NCBI GenBank assembly: GCA_001179505.1
Contig: CDMY01000123.1
Location: 120,769 to 184,768 of the forward strand
Direction of reading: 5' to 3'
Length of the DNA: 64,000 nucleotides
From: Vitrella brassicaformis CCMP3155
Taxonomy: Eukaryota > Protista > Chromerida
The notes beneath the pieces were generated by a model, which saw only the letters and a program-made list of their open reading frames with translations, made no database searches and was not told the DNA's origin. This document shows positions 37,094 through 50,522 of this stretch, piece by piece. The first letter of the stretch is position 1. Every line of letters begins with the position of its first letter. The position numbers and the translations under genes are program-made.

Positions 37094-40000
37094 ATGGATG
37101 CAGAGGAGCATCAGCACGGCAGTGAGCAGCCGGCGGCCGCTTCATCGTCTGCAGCTGCAGCTGCCGCCGGGGGCATGCCTGTCCAGATGGATATGGATCT
37201 TGACGCGGCCAGGGAGCCGGGTGCAGACAACCAACCGGCTGCTGCGGCTGCTGCGGCCGCTGCTCCTGGTCCACCCGCAGCCCCCGACCAGGACGAGCAG
37301 GACCTTTATTTCATGATGGTCCGCTTCCTCAAGTCGGGCCCTTTCCGCTCCATCGGCCAGCAGCTCGAGAGCCGACTCGACGGCACGCCGTTCCTCCCAC
37401 CCCTCATGGACTGGGAGGGCCGCCAGGAGCACACCACATACGCCGAGGTTGCCTTCGCCAACCGAGGGGTGGAGCCAGACCGCCTGCTGGGCGTGGTCAA
37501 GGAGCTCCGGGAGCGGCGGGGGGACGCCCAGATGGAGCCGCGGATGCGGGCGATCCACCGTGCTGCCGAGCCAGACAGGAGGAAGGAGCTGATGGACCGG
37601 CATTTGTTCCATCGGATCCGCATGGGGCGGGCGGGGGGTGCGTTGGGTGCGGCGGGGCGGCCGCTGTCGCGCGACGTGTTTTACTTGGCTGCGGCGCGGC
37701 GGATGCAGCAGCTGGCGCATTTCTTCATCCACAGGACAGCTGAGGAGGACATCCAGCCGGCCGCCATCTACACCACACTCTTTGACAAAACCGGTGAGTG
37801 AGTGCGAGGCCAGAGTGACACACATGGCCAGCCACATGTGGAGGTGTCTGTGTGTGTGTGTGTCTGCAGGTGAGGTGATCATCACTGGCGGCGACGACGG
37901 CCTGGTGAAGCTCTTCCACGCCCGCACCGGCAACCTGGTCTTCGCCCTCCGCGGCCACGACGACGAAATCACGGACGTCGTCGTCTCCTCCGACAACCGA
38001 TTCATCGCATCAAGCGACCTCAAGGGCATCGTCCGGGTGTGGCGCATCAGGCACACCGCATACGAGCCCGTGGCGGTCATCCCCCACGGCCGACGGGTGG
38101 ACTTCATCCGGTTCACGCCTGCGGGTGGCCGGGGGAGCGACGGGGGCGTCCAGGACTTGATGCTGCTGACGGTGACCAACCACGGGATCTGTCAGACCTT
38201 CCCTTTGGCGGCGCTTGAGGACTGCGGCGGGCGGAAGTTCCTCGGGGCGTACCACCATATGGTCGATATACCAGGTGACCTAGAGAGGGAGGGAGGAACG
38301 AACTTGTGGGCGCGGCGCATTTATCAGTGTGGTCTCTCTCTCCTCTCTATTGTTTGTGTCGTGTGGTCAGGTGGCCGTCGTTTCTCGGTTCAGTCGTTCG
38401 AGATGGCCAAGTGCCCCGTCCCCGCCCCCCCACGCGTCAAGCAGCCCACACTCGAGGGCAACATCCTCTGGGCCACCGGCACATCCGACGGTGTGCCACG
38501 GATCTTCCGCACATTCCCCCTCCCCGCCACACACCCACTCGTCACGGCTGCAGAGGACAAAAGCCCAATCGAGCTGTTCTCCCTCCCATATGGCGACAGG
38601 AATCGGTCACCCGCACGGCCGCGGGGTGCCCCGGGGGGTGGTGGCGACTCGCAGGAGGCTGACGAGCCGGCGCCGGCAGCAGCAGCTGCTGCGGCCGCTG
38701 CCTCGTCGTCTCAGCAGCAGCAGCAGCCGGCACACCAGCCTGTGGTGATTGGTTCGTCCCGCGAGATGCGCGAGAGGGAGGAGCGGAAGATGCACGACAG
38801 AATGTACAAGCAGTCGAAGCTGTATGAGCTGCACGGGGAGCACACGGCGGGCAAGACCATCGTCAACGTCACCCTCGCGCACAACGGGGTGGACCTCGTC
38901 AGCGCCTCCAGCGACGGCTCCGTCGTCAAGTGGGAGATTGCCAATGCAGAGGCGCACAAACAGGTACATAGCCCTCTCACACACACACACAGCCACCCGC
39001 ATCAATCTGCATCTCTCCCCCGTGTGTCGCTGCCCACCAGGTGCCGCGGAAGGTGTTGCGGCCACGTCAGGTGCCCTACGGCGGCGGCACGTGCCCGGCC
39101 CCGAAGGAGGGCGAGAACGCCTCCCTGCTGCAGAAGATCTTCTGCACCGACCGTGGGGATGGGAGAGACCTGTTCGACGACCGGCCGCGGTGGGTGTCGA
39201 TGGTGGACACCATCGTGTGGACGCAGACGGACCGCTGGATCGTGGTGGCTGAGGCGGTGGCCTCGAGCGTCAACCCCAATGACGTGGGCGACATGCCGCG
39301 GGCGGTGGCACTCACCAGCTTCGATGCTGTGACCGGTGGGTGGGCATGCTGTGGATCAGGGGGATGGATGGATGGATGGATTGTGGGTGGCTGGGCTGTG
39401 TGTGTGTTGACTGACACAGGTAAGGAGTGGCGTACGATGGGCCGTGACGTGTTTCGGCATCGGCTGATGGTCATGGACGCACACCCACATTGCTCGCGCA
39501 TTGTCATCGGGGCCGCCTACGATGGCAAAGTAGGCAAATGACGAGCCCAGCCAGCTAGCAACACACAAGCAGCTGAGCTGTGGCTCTCCCCTTGCCACCC
39601 TCTTTGTCTGTCTCAGGTAGCGTTGTTTGACGTGGTAGCTGGGGAGACCCTCAAGGTGTTCACGGCTTTCAGCCACCACTCGGAGCGTGCCTTCGTCGAC
39701 GGCCGCTTCAATCCACAGGGCGACCTCTTCGCCGCCAGCGACACATACGGATGCATCTGGCTTTTCGGCACTGGTGAGTGGGTACATGGCCCCTCTCCCC
39801 CTCTCTCAATCATATGTGTCATCTCTGTCGTCTTTGTGGTCAGGTCTGCGGGATACGTACGCCTTGACGCCCTACGAGCAGTTCTTCGAGGGCGAGCACC
39901 ACGCCCTCACGCGCGACGACCACTTCTGCCTGGTCGACCGCAACACTCAGGTGCCCCCGCACCAGCTGCCCAGGCGGCTGCTGTGCGACGCGCGGGGGTT

Positions 40001-43000
40001 CGCATACGAGATACAGCCGCCCGAGCCCGCCCCACTGGCCATGGCGAGGGATTATGGGGACGACGACCAGCTGCAGCAGCCGGCTGATAGCGGGATGGCC
40101 ATGGACATGGAGGCACGGATGCAGGACATGGTCAGAGTGCGGCTGCCCAAGAAGATCACCAAACGACGGCGACCCCCTCCACCAGATAACGCGGACCAGC
40201 AGGATGCTGCCGCAGCTGCTGCTGCGTCGTCTGACGGGCCCCCACCCCCTCCCCCACCAGACAGCGGCCCACAGCCACCGTTCTTCGGTGCTGGTTGGCC
40301 TTTCCCCTTCCCTAGAGCCCCACCTCCGCCCCCCGACGCCCCCTTTGGTGGCCTGGGGATGCGACCCATCGGCCGACTCGACCGGATCGGCGATGGACCT
40401 GCCCGCATCCCACGGCCCTTAGGGCGGAGGGATGAGGCGCCTGCACCCGCAGCAGCAGCAGCTGCTGCTGCAGCACCATCGGCAGCAGCAGCGGCAGCGG
40501 CAGCTGAGCGTCCTTCTGTCCCCATGGACGACATCCGCAGGCTGGTTAACCGTCCGTCGCCGCGGTGGCGTGGTCGGCGAAGCGAGCGTGACGACGCGAG
40601 GGCGATGAGGCTTGCCGCGGCGCTGCGGGACAACGACTATGAGACACTCAGGGAGTTCAGGAGAGAACAGGTGAGTGTGGGCTTGGAGGGAGGGGAGCAG
40701 AGAATGAATGCCACACTTACCCATCTAGCCCTCTTTGTCCATCTTTCTCTTCTTTCGCAGGCCCAGCGGCTTCGGATGCGTCGCGCCCAGCACTCGTTCG
40801 GCCACCAGGTGTACATCAACCCCGACGCAGCCAATGCGCCCTTCCCACCCTCAACCCCCTCGCGACGACCACACGCACACGCCCGCGGCACACGCCAGTC
40901 CGCCCGGCTCGCACAGGGCCATAACGTCGTCACACTCAACGACCTGGCAGACAGAGATGACGCGGCACAGCAGCGTCGGAGGGGCGGCCGGGGTGGGCGG
41001 GGGAGAGGCTCGTCGCGTCGCGTCATCTACCGCGACGACCGTGAGCTGTCCCGCGAGATGCGCATCGACAGCGACAGCGACGATTCGAAGGCCGATCCTG
41101 ATTATGAGTACGATTGGTGGCGGTCGGCAAGGGCGGGGAGGGGGCGGAGGAGGACGGTGCGTGGGGCTGGGAGGGGTGGGCCACAGAGGCCACAGCGCCG
41201 AATGAGCACTCGGTCGAGGCCGGGCATGGATGACGAGTCGCAAGAGGTGAGCAGCGGGCGCCCATACACACATTAAAGTATCCCTGTGTGTGTGTGTGTG
41301 TGTGTGTGTCATGATGTGCAGGGCAGCAGGCGTCGTGAGAGCCGTGCCCGCGATCGCAACGACTACACGTCCAACAGTGACAGCGACTCCAGCCTGGCCA
41401 GCGACCCAGGGGTGAGTCACCACACCACACATCAACACAACACACCCACATTTACATATGTGCCTCCTCTCCCCTTCTGTCTGTCTGTTGTCAGCTCGCG
41501 AGGCTCCGCGCCGCCACCACTGATGGCTTCGTAGAGGTGGACGGCAAGCGCATGACCGCCCGTGACTACCGCGCCTACCTCCGCAACCAGAAGCAGCAGC
41601 GGCTGCTCAACGAGACTGCCACCGACTCCGACCTCGGCACGCCCGCGCGACACAGGAGAGGCCGAGACAGAGACAACCGCCCCAGGAGCCCCGACAAACG
41701 GGGCGGAAGGCGCAACCTCACCCGCAAGAAGACGCCAGACAACGACACGGGCGAGGTCCCTCTGCCCCCGTTTGTGGTGGCCAAGGGCGACGACACGCCG
41801 GGCGAGCACGTGTGTGCGGTGTGCGGCAAGGGGCCGAGGCTGGTGGGGGGGCTGGTGGGCCCTGCGCGTCGGGAGCCGCTGGCAGGCCCGTTCGTGGTGC
41901 CTGGCAAGGGCGGTGAGGGCCGCAAGTGCTGGTTCCACCTGCAGTGCCTCGGGGCCATGTCGGGGCTGAAATTCGACAAGTATGCCAGGGGGCTGATCAA
42001 TCTCAAGGTGAGATGGATGACTGACACAGGGAGGGGACGGGAGCGGTGGCTGTGCCGTGAAGGCACCATGGAAGCATCCGTGTGTGTGTAGAGGGAGTTG
42101 GACCGCATGGGCGGGTGCAAGTGCAGCGGGTGTCGGTCGGGCGGCGCTTTGACGGGCTGCCAGAACCAGAAGTGCAAGCGGACCTACCACTACTGGTGCT
42201 CGCTCAGGGAGAAGAACTCCCTCGACAGGACCACCCTCGACATCCTCACCTGCAGACTCTACCTCTGCAAATCGTAATGTGGACACACACCTCACCTCAC
42301 AGACACACACGTCCACACATGTCGAATGGATGCGTCTGTGTGTGTGGCTTTAGGTGTCGTGAGGGTGACTCGCTCATCAAGCAGTATGTGCGTGGCGAGC
42401 TGTTCCTGTACCCCGAGATGCGCCAGTGGCTCACCGTCAACGAGGTCTGCACGGGAGGCGACTACGTCCCACAGCTCGGTACACACCACCACCCCACCCA
42501 GACCCACCCACACCCACACACACACACACGAATGCCGACAGAGGGAGGGAGCACAGCACGGCTGACGTGTGTGTGATTCGATTCGTGTGTGTTTTGTTTG
42601 GTCAGGCGACGTTGTGCGGTACTTCCCCCGTGCGCACATGGACGACATCGGAATGGAGCACGACGACGGCCCCCTCTACCGCGGCGACGTCCCGCAGCTG
42701 CTCTACCCCTCACTCCTCCAACCCTGCGACGCCATCGTCGTCGACATGACATTCGACTTCCCTGGTCGGTCAGCCGCAGAGGAACACACAAGTGTGATGG
42801 AGGAGTTTGTCTGTGTCTGTGTCTGTGTGCGTGTGTGTGTGCAGGCCATGCGGATTCGCCTTGCTGGGTGGGTGTGACCCCTCTCGGCCCAATCGCTGCG
42901 GTGCTCACGCTGCAGATACTCGAGCCCCAGCCTGACGCAGGTGAGAGACATCACTCACAGGCAGGCAGGCAGGCAGACAGACAGGGGCAGAAAGGGAGCC

Positions 43001-45979
43001 CAGTCACATGGTCTGACACACCTGTCCACTCCACTTCAGGCAAGTGCTTCACGGTGCGTTATCGGCCCTTCGGCGTGGCGGAGTTCCTCACCCTCCGATC
43101 GGACGTGCTCAAGGGCCTCAAGCGCAACGCCGACAACCCTTTGCGCAAGGGCCACCGGTGCTACTGCGTCTTCGACAACAAACGGTCCGAGGGCAAGGTC
43201 ATCAGCACACGCAAGCCGCTCCCATGGCCGCCCAGGAACGTCCACATGCCATTCCCACTCGACGATCGGGGGCCACCTGCCGCCTCACCTCCACCAGCAC
43301 CAGCACCACCACCAGCACCAGCACCTGCAGCTGCTGCATCTGCATCGGCCAATGACGTGGCTGAGCAGCTCGACTCCGCACAGCAGCAGCCGCCACCAGA
43401 TCCCCAACCACCAGCAGCAGCTGCTGGTGGTGCGGCAGACAACGACGAGTCGCAGGGCACCGTGCAGAACGAGCCGGTGGCCTCTCCCCCTCCCAGCAGC
43501 CAGCCGGGGAGTCACGAGAGGTCCAAGCGCGAGAAACGGAACAGCGACGAGGCCCTGATGAATGTGGAGGTCCGCCGCAGCCCCTTCTTCGACCGCATGG
43601 ACTTCCGCAGCTCCCGCGTCCCGGTGGTGGCTCGGGCGACCGATGACGGGTGGGAGTGTGTGCAGGTGGAGTGGGACGATGAGCCGAATGAGCCAGGACA
43701 GGTGAGGTGGGGTGGGAGCCACACACAAGCACTGACACACACACACACACAGAGCGAGAGAGACTTAGTGTGTGTCTGAGTGAGTTTGCTGTACGTGCAG
43801 TGGTTGAGTGTGTGGGAGGTTTACCATCTGTTTGAGGCCACACCTCCGCACGAGGAGGGCGCGGCAGCAGCAGCCGGCAACCAGCCACAGCAGCAGCAGC
43901 GGCAGCAGCAGCAGCAGCCAGGTGCGGCTGACGAGCCCCCCGCCCAGCCAGCAGACGCCCCACCCCCGCTCCCACAGCCGGCCGACCAACAGCACGAGCA
44001 GGACATGGCCGACGCAGCAGGGGCGAAGGAGGAGCAGCCGGCAAGTAGTGCTGCTGCTGCGGCTGGTGGTGCCGCTGCCGCTGCGGCTGCATGTGGCGGT
44101 GATGTGGGTGTGGTCGAGGAATGGCCCGAGAGCATGTCCGACGACCGCCGTGAGTACCTCATCTCGTGTCTGGAGAAACTTATGGAGATACCTGACCCAA
44201 ACCCACTGCCAGGGTCAGTGAGCGAGCGAGCCACCCACCCCCCACTCACCCACCCACATGGTGCCGCATCTGTGTCGGTGTCTGTTTACATGGCAGGATC
44301 TATCGCCGCGACAGTTCTGCTGGCGTGCCCCGTCGGTATTTCGCGTTCGAGGACATGATTCCCCACTGCAGGGAGACCGAGGAGTCGCCCAGGAACGATG
44401 AGGGCAACGAGGGTGACGGTGCTGGGGCTGCTGGGCGGAAGCGGCGTCGCCAGGCCAAGTCCAAGAACTGGATCGAGACCTACTGGAAGACCATCCCCTA
44501 CCCCATCTGCCTCAAACTCATTCTCACACGACTCCACAACAAGTGAGGGACGGAGTGAACGAGCCAGCCCAGCCAAACACACCACCGCACCATATCCACG
44601 ATGTGTGTTGATCTGATGTGTTGTGTGTGTCCACATGCAGCTTCTATCGTCGCGAGGCGGCCTTCCTGTTTGACATCGTGCTCCTCCGCTCCAACGCGGA
44701 GCGCTTCAACGGCCAGGACAACCCCATCGCAGAGCGGGCCCGTGAGCTGGAGCAGCAGATCGCAGGCCTCCTCGACCACAACGAGCTCCCCGTCGACCCA
44801 GAGGACGGCTCCTTCATGCCGCCAATCCACATCGAGCCTCCAGAGATAGTCGAGGAGGAGGAGGAGGAGGAAGAGGAGGAGGAGGAGATGGAGGAGGAAT
44901 ATGAAGGAGAAGAAGAAGAAGACGATGAACACGAAGAGCAAGAGGAGGATGAGCCTGAGGAGGTGGAGGACTCCCGCGTCCGCGCGGCCCGCCGGCGTGT
45001 GAGGGACCGCGGGTCGTCGGAGCTCATGCCGCCCCCATCCGAGCTGCCCGGTGCTTTCCTCGAGGGCCGCCGTCTCAGGAGTCGGGATGGCGGCCGGCTT
45101 AGGCGCCGCTACGCGCAGGAGGATTCTCAGGAGACCGACGGCCTGGTCAGATCGCCTGCCAGACCCCGAGTGCGCCCACAGCGCTTCGACGATGACGTGG
45201 TCATGATGGACGACGGTCGCCCGAGGCCCAAGACGCGTCTGCAGGCCGCATTGGCCCAGGTGCAGCAGCTCTCATCTGACATCCACGAGGAGGAGCAGGG
45301 TGGGCAGAGGGCCCGCCGACGAGCTGCGGCAGCCGCGTGCCGGAAGCTCAACAGAATCCGACGGATGGAGGAGGAAGGCAGCCCCTCGGACGAGTATGAG
45401 GTGAATGAGATGGCCGTCGACATGCAGAGGCCGCCACCGCAGCATCACTACGGCACTCGGAGGGCCCAGCCTGCACGGTTCCCATCGACGGATGAGGACT
45501 TCGCGGGCGCACCACGCAGGCAGCGTGACGGCTCTGACGACCTCCAACCAGGGCCCGCAGCGGCAGCAGCAGCAGCAGGCGGCAATCGACAGAGGAGGGG
45601 TCGGTATCGCGATGCTGGTGAGGTTGATGACATGGCCCCAGCTGCGCACTTGCCCAAGGAGGTGCGCAAGCTCCTCGACCTCGACAACCAACCGCGACAC
45701 CCACCCACCCGAGGCCAGCGCAAGGACTCACAGGAAGACGGCCATGCAGCCTACCACGATGACCATCACATCCGGCCCAGGCGGAAGCGGCGTGTTGACG
45801 ACGACGACGGCGTGAATGTGGATGAGCAGCCGGGGGGTGATGAGGAGCAGGGAAGGCAGCAGAAACGGACACGGCGTCATCCGGGCCCCGGTGATGATAT
45901 GCCCAATGGCAGCAGCGGGGCGGCGCATGAGGACGGCTGGAAGGGGCGTGTCGGGAGGCGGCACATCAAGGAGGAGTGA
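37094..45979 (+). CDS. Bromodomain and WD40-repeat protein (BRWD/PHIP-like) with inserted PHD-like finger
   Basis: LYFMMVRFLKSGP N-terminus; WD40s (IITGGDDGLVKLF, LRGHDDEITDV, FIASSDLKGIVRVW, MDAHP, FVDGRFNPQG.LFAASDTYGCIWLFG); PYEQFFEGEH..L.RD; YVPQLG|DVVRYFPRAH; bromodomain YPICLKLILTRLHN|NFYRR...DIVLLRSNAERFNG. Confidence 0.92.
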
Positions 45980-46416
45980 GTGGGTGAGTGAGTGAGTGAG
46001 TGGGTCACGCGGGTGCGGTGCATGTGTTCTGTCTTTCACACATACTGACATGCAAATGGTGCGTCCGTCGCTGGAACACTTAGTGGATGGATGGATGGAT
46101 GGATGGATGGCTAGTGAGTGAATGGCATTGGTACAGTAAGTACACGGCTGACTGTCTGTTCCATTTCAATTGTGAATCAATCTGCCCCTCGCGCGGGCCC
46201 CTAAACCCTAGACCCATTCATCTCCTTTCAAACCCGCTCCTTTCCCGACTCCGCTTTTCTGTCCTCGCTTTCTCAAGGCTGTTGCGCATCACAGCCACTC
46301 GGCACGCTGCCACCGTCATCGCATCCCCGCTTCGTCGCTTCGGTGCATCTTCGGCCTTCCCTTCCCGCTCGTTACCCTCGTCTGTCTGCTGCATTCGCAA
46401 GATCTCTCAGTCCACC

Positions 46417-47141
46417 ATGATGGTTCGCCTGTCTGCCGTGCTCCTGGCTGTTGCCCTCTTCTCTGCTGCCCCTCTTTCCCTGGCAGCCAAGCCGGTGCTC
46501 GAAGGCAGCTTTGTTGGTGAGCACGCACACGTGACGAACATGGCGGGCAGCACGTGCAGACGCGTGTTTCTGGTGTGTCTGTGTGCGTGTGTTGGGCAGA
46601 TGCCGACAAGAGCGTGTCAGGGACCATCCAGGTGCTGGAGGAGGATGACGGCTCCTACTCGGTCAAGTTTATGGACTACGAGACCTCTGACGGCCCCGAC
46701 CTCTTCCTGTACGCACACACGCCACACGCTATTCCATGTATCTTGCTTGGCTCATCTGTGTGTGTGCGTGTATGTGTTGTGTGTGTGCAGGTACTTCTCG
46801 CCCCAGGAGGGCGCTACTGGCATTGGTGGCGGTGCGCTGATGGTGGAGCTGGCGCCTGACGTCAATGCTGCAGGGCAGGCCCTCTTCGAAGGGTGAGTCA
46901 CTGATTGCCTGACGCACCGACTCACAGAGAGATGCATGTGGAGGTTGGTTGGTGTCTGCCCACTGTGGTTCCTTCCTCTGCGTTTTGTGTTGGTTTTCCA
47001 TTCAGTGAGGCCATGTCCAAGCTGCCGGCCGACTTCGACCCGGAGCAGGCCAAGCGGGCCCTCATCTGGTGCCGGGAGTTCGCCGTGCTTTTCGGGTATG
47101 CCGACCTGAAGCCCGTCGAGCGCCGCTCTCTGCGTGGATAG
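46417..47141 (+). CDS. Secreted DM13-domain protein; 4 exons
   Basis: Signal peptide MMVRLSAVLLAVALFSAAPLSLAA, then LEGSFVG|..SVSGTIQV...FMDYETSDGPDLFL|YFS...ALIWCREFAVLFGYADL. The GPDL and IWC..F...FG motifs are DM13 signatures. Confidence 0.85.
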
Positions 47142-48211
47142 ATGGATGGATGCATCAACAGCAGAGAGGTGTGTGGTCACTTTTTGTGACCGTTGCGTGG
47201 ATGGGATGCCGCGTAGACCTGATGATGTGCTTGTTTAGCGAGCGTGCATACACACATGGGTACATACATACATATGGGTAGGTAGGGAGAGAGATAGGGA
47301 GAGAGGAGCTACACCCGCGTCGATCCCAGCTGCTGAGATGTGATGTGTGAGGGAGAGGTACCGGCACGCCGACTGAGACCGTTTCTTGTTGCGGTGGGTA
47401 TTGATTTTGATTTAACACTGGTGTGTTGTTAAATCAAGATCCATACCCATGTCAACAGCAAACTGTCTCAGTAGAGAGGGAGGGCGGATGGGGTGGGATT
47501 CATTTCTGTGGTGTGTGAGCACGAGAACAGATGGGGGATGGATGGATGGGTGATGCATTTGTGGTGTGTGGTTGAGTGATTCGTCTGATAGAGGCGAATG
47601 CACTTGCTTGTGTGGTGGCTGACGTGATGCTATGGAATGGACGGTAACACATTCATTGATCTGAACCAGTGCGGACAGCATGTAAAATGAGACGACGCAC
47701 AACAGTTGCGCACGCATAAAGCAAACATGCACACGTAGCGTACACGGAAGACGACCAGCAAACGCACCGCACGCTATTTAAATGCATGCCGTGAACAATC
47801 GTCCCGCACATATCGACACACAGCGGGGTGAGGGGGGAGGGGCGAGATGTGGGCAAGCCATGGGTGAGGCAGGCCATGTTTGTATACATGTTGATATGCA
47901 TATCACGTCACCTTTCTCTCTCTGGCTCGGGCTGGAGGAGGAACGAGAAAAATGTTTTAGTCTTGTGGTAGTGGTGTGTGAAGTGTTGCACCGGCTGCGC
48001 GTCAGGGCGGCCAAACAGCCGATCCGTGTCCACGAATCCATCCATCCATCCATCCATCCATCGCTACACGATTCCCCCATGCAATGAATGCATGCACGCA
48101 TACAGTATGTGTTCATAAAGGGCATGGAAAGTGAGAAGAGAAGAGAGAAGAGAGAGAGTAGGGATGGATGGACCTATAAGATCATATCAGGTCGCATGAA
48201 GTCGGGTCAGA

Positions 48212-49191
48212 TCAGATGCGGGGCTGCATGTTGGTGGCCGCGCTCATGGACTCGAAGGCGCTCATCTGCTGGAGTGTCGACAGCACCTTGTGAGCGTGCT
48301 CGGGAACCGCCGGCAGGTCCCACCCGTCGCGGGACGTTGGCATCGCCAGGCCCACCTGGCCCACCTGGTCGTGCTGCATGGCGTTGGTTAGGGCCGTCAG
48401 GCACTCATCTGCCGTCACGCCATGATGTAGGGTGACGCCGCCCGACCCGCACAGTGCCGCGATCATGCAGTCCTGCAGCACAAACATGCAGTGGGTACAG
48501 AGCAGGCTGGTCGCCATGCTCGTGTGTTGTGCGTGACGAATCTCACCTGGGCGTATGCCCGGAATTTGTCAGGGGTTTTCATGTTGATGCCGTCCTCCTG
48601 CTTGCCCACCTTACCGGTGAGTAGCGGCTGGATGAAGTCCTCGTCATACATCGTGATACACTCGCGCACATGGCCGGCACACATCGGCATGAGGAGCGCG
48701 CCCAGGCTCAGGCTCTGGCTCGCCAGCCGTGCCTCGGGGACGAACACCCGGTGTGTCCGCCCCGTCACGTCCGAGGTGTAGCGGATCTCCGCCACGAGGT
48801 TGCGGTCGCACTCCTCGAGCATGTCCTGGTGCAGCGGGTGGGCGATGTTGGTAGTCCTCTCTGTATATGCGGCAGTCGTCCTTGTGGCCCTCCTTCCAAT
48901 GGCCCTTCTGACACGCCTGCACACCCAACAACCACACACAGATTCATGATGGCATCCGCTGCGCGGCCACCTCATGCACGACGCACCTGGCTGCAGTAGA
49001 AGAAGCACCGACACGCCGAACACCGCTGACGCAAGTTGAAGGCAAAGGGAAGACGAGATAATATGTCACTCGCCTTGCTTCCGCTTCTTTCTTCCCTTCC
49101 GCCTTACCTTGGTGGCCATCTTCTTCCTGCAGCTGGAGCAGAAGGACACGAAGGCGTAAGTGCCGTCCTGCTTGAAACACGAGATGAACAT
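48212..49191 (-). CDS. MYND zinc-finger protein; 4 exons
   Basis: Spliced MFISCFKQDGTYAFVSFCSSCRKKMATK|RCSACRCFFYCSQ|ACQKGHWKEGHKDDC gives a complete MYND ligand set. Ends MQPRI* at 48212. Confidence 0.8.
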
Positions 49192-49557
49192 GCAGGCTCA
49201 ACAAATCACGAGCGCACGCTATCAAAGGCTCACGGACAACTACCAGCTTCGCGCAAGCTTAAAATGGCCAAATCGATCGCGGCGAGAATTCCAAAGTCTC
49301 GCCGTCTACCTGGAGACGGGACATGGAAAAAGAGGATTTCCGACTGCACTTCAAGACAAATCCGCCATCCTGCCTCGCCCTGAGTTTCTTCGCCTTCGTC
49401 AGCGGTTTTTCCCTTCCGTTTCCTCCCCTTTCGCACCGCTGCTCCTCCCCGCCCCTGCCAGCCCCCTCTTCGACACGGAACAGGCCATCATGGAGTTCGA
49501 GGGAACTCGCCCGCCACCGTCCAGCTTCACGCTCTCTTCATTTTGACATTGTCAACA

Positions 49558-50007
49558 ATGGGTCGCGTCGGCCGCACCCGTTCACTGGGCGCCAACGCCC
49601 TCAAGAGCATCTCGTTCCACCCGTGTGAGTCCCTGCAAGACTATCACAAGCGCCCTTTCACCTTTCACCCGACGTTCGGCGACCACTTCTTCGACACGGA
49701 CCAGGCCGTCATGGATCTCGAGGAGTTAGCCCCAGCCGAGTCCGTGCACATCTTCTACACCCCCGACACCTTCGACCTCTTCGTGAAGATTGAGGGCGAG
49801 AGTCCACAGGCCTCCCGAAAGGGCGTCATGGACTGCCTGACCAAGGCAAAGTGGACCAAGTTGGCCTTCCCGAGCGGCTTCTTTGCCATACTCCCGAGAC
49901 TGTGTCATGGACTGCCTGGCCGACGACGTGGCCTCTACGGAAATGGAGCAGCGCCACGACCAACGGAAGAAGGAAAGGCAGCGTCAGGCCAGCCTTGCTG
50001 CGCTTAA
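49558..50007 (+). pseudogene. Truncated HAT1-like paralog (Hat1 N-terminal region only)
   Basis: MGRVGRTRSLGANALKSISFHPC...FDTDQAVMDLEEL..SVHIFYTPDTFDLFVKIEGE...LAFPSGF is highly similar to the 59855-59500 copy. It diverges before the acetyl-CoA-binding core. Confidence 0.75.
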
Positions 50008-50339
50008 GGTACAGCGCCAGGTACGGGTGAATGGAGTGTACGCAGCGATGAGGTAGGACGACTCCCATCCGTCGAAAGCTGCACGAGCCAGGCCTGGCAA
50101 AACGGCAGGCGCAATGCTCTGTGCGAAGTTCGAATTCAGGCCCAGGTCATCAAGGGGTTCTTGTTGCCGTCAACGCCCTCGAGACATTTTCAACGATTAT
50201 CGACCCTATGGCCGCGTCGGAGCACCAGTTCTGAGCCGCTCCGACTCCCCACCAGCCTCTGATCCTTACTCGCTGCTCCGACTGCCCGTCGGTTTCTGAC
50301 GCCGCCACCGTCCAGCCACACCAGCAGCATGGAGGAGCC

Positions 50340-50485
50340 ATCGTCCCTTGTTTCGTCCAGCCAGGAGCTCTCTTCGTCCAGCAACGTCCAGCCAGGAGCT
50401 CTCTTTCCCTTGTTTCGTCCAGCCACGAGCAGCCATCGAGCAGCCATCGTCCCTTGTTTCGTCCAGCCACGTGCTCTCTTCGTCC
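50340..50485. repeat. Short degenerate tandem repeat (CGTCCCTTGTTTCGTCCAGCCA(G/C)GAGC units)
   Basis: CCCTTGTTTCGTCCAGCCA occurs three times and CGTCCAGC five times within about 145 bp. Confidence 0.8.
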
Positions 50486-50522
50486 GGAGTATCTCGTTGG
50501 CCGCCATTCGATGGGAAAAGGG

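Noticed and set aside
47150-48200. ORFs in the 3' UTR zone between DM13 and MYND
   Set aside because: The region is microsatellite-rich and AT-richer, lying between convergent stops, with no motif or codon bias.
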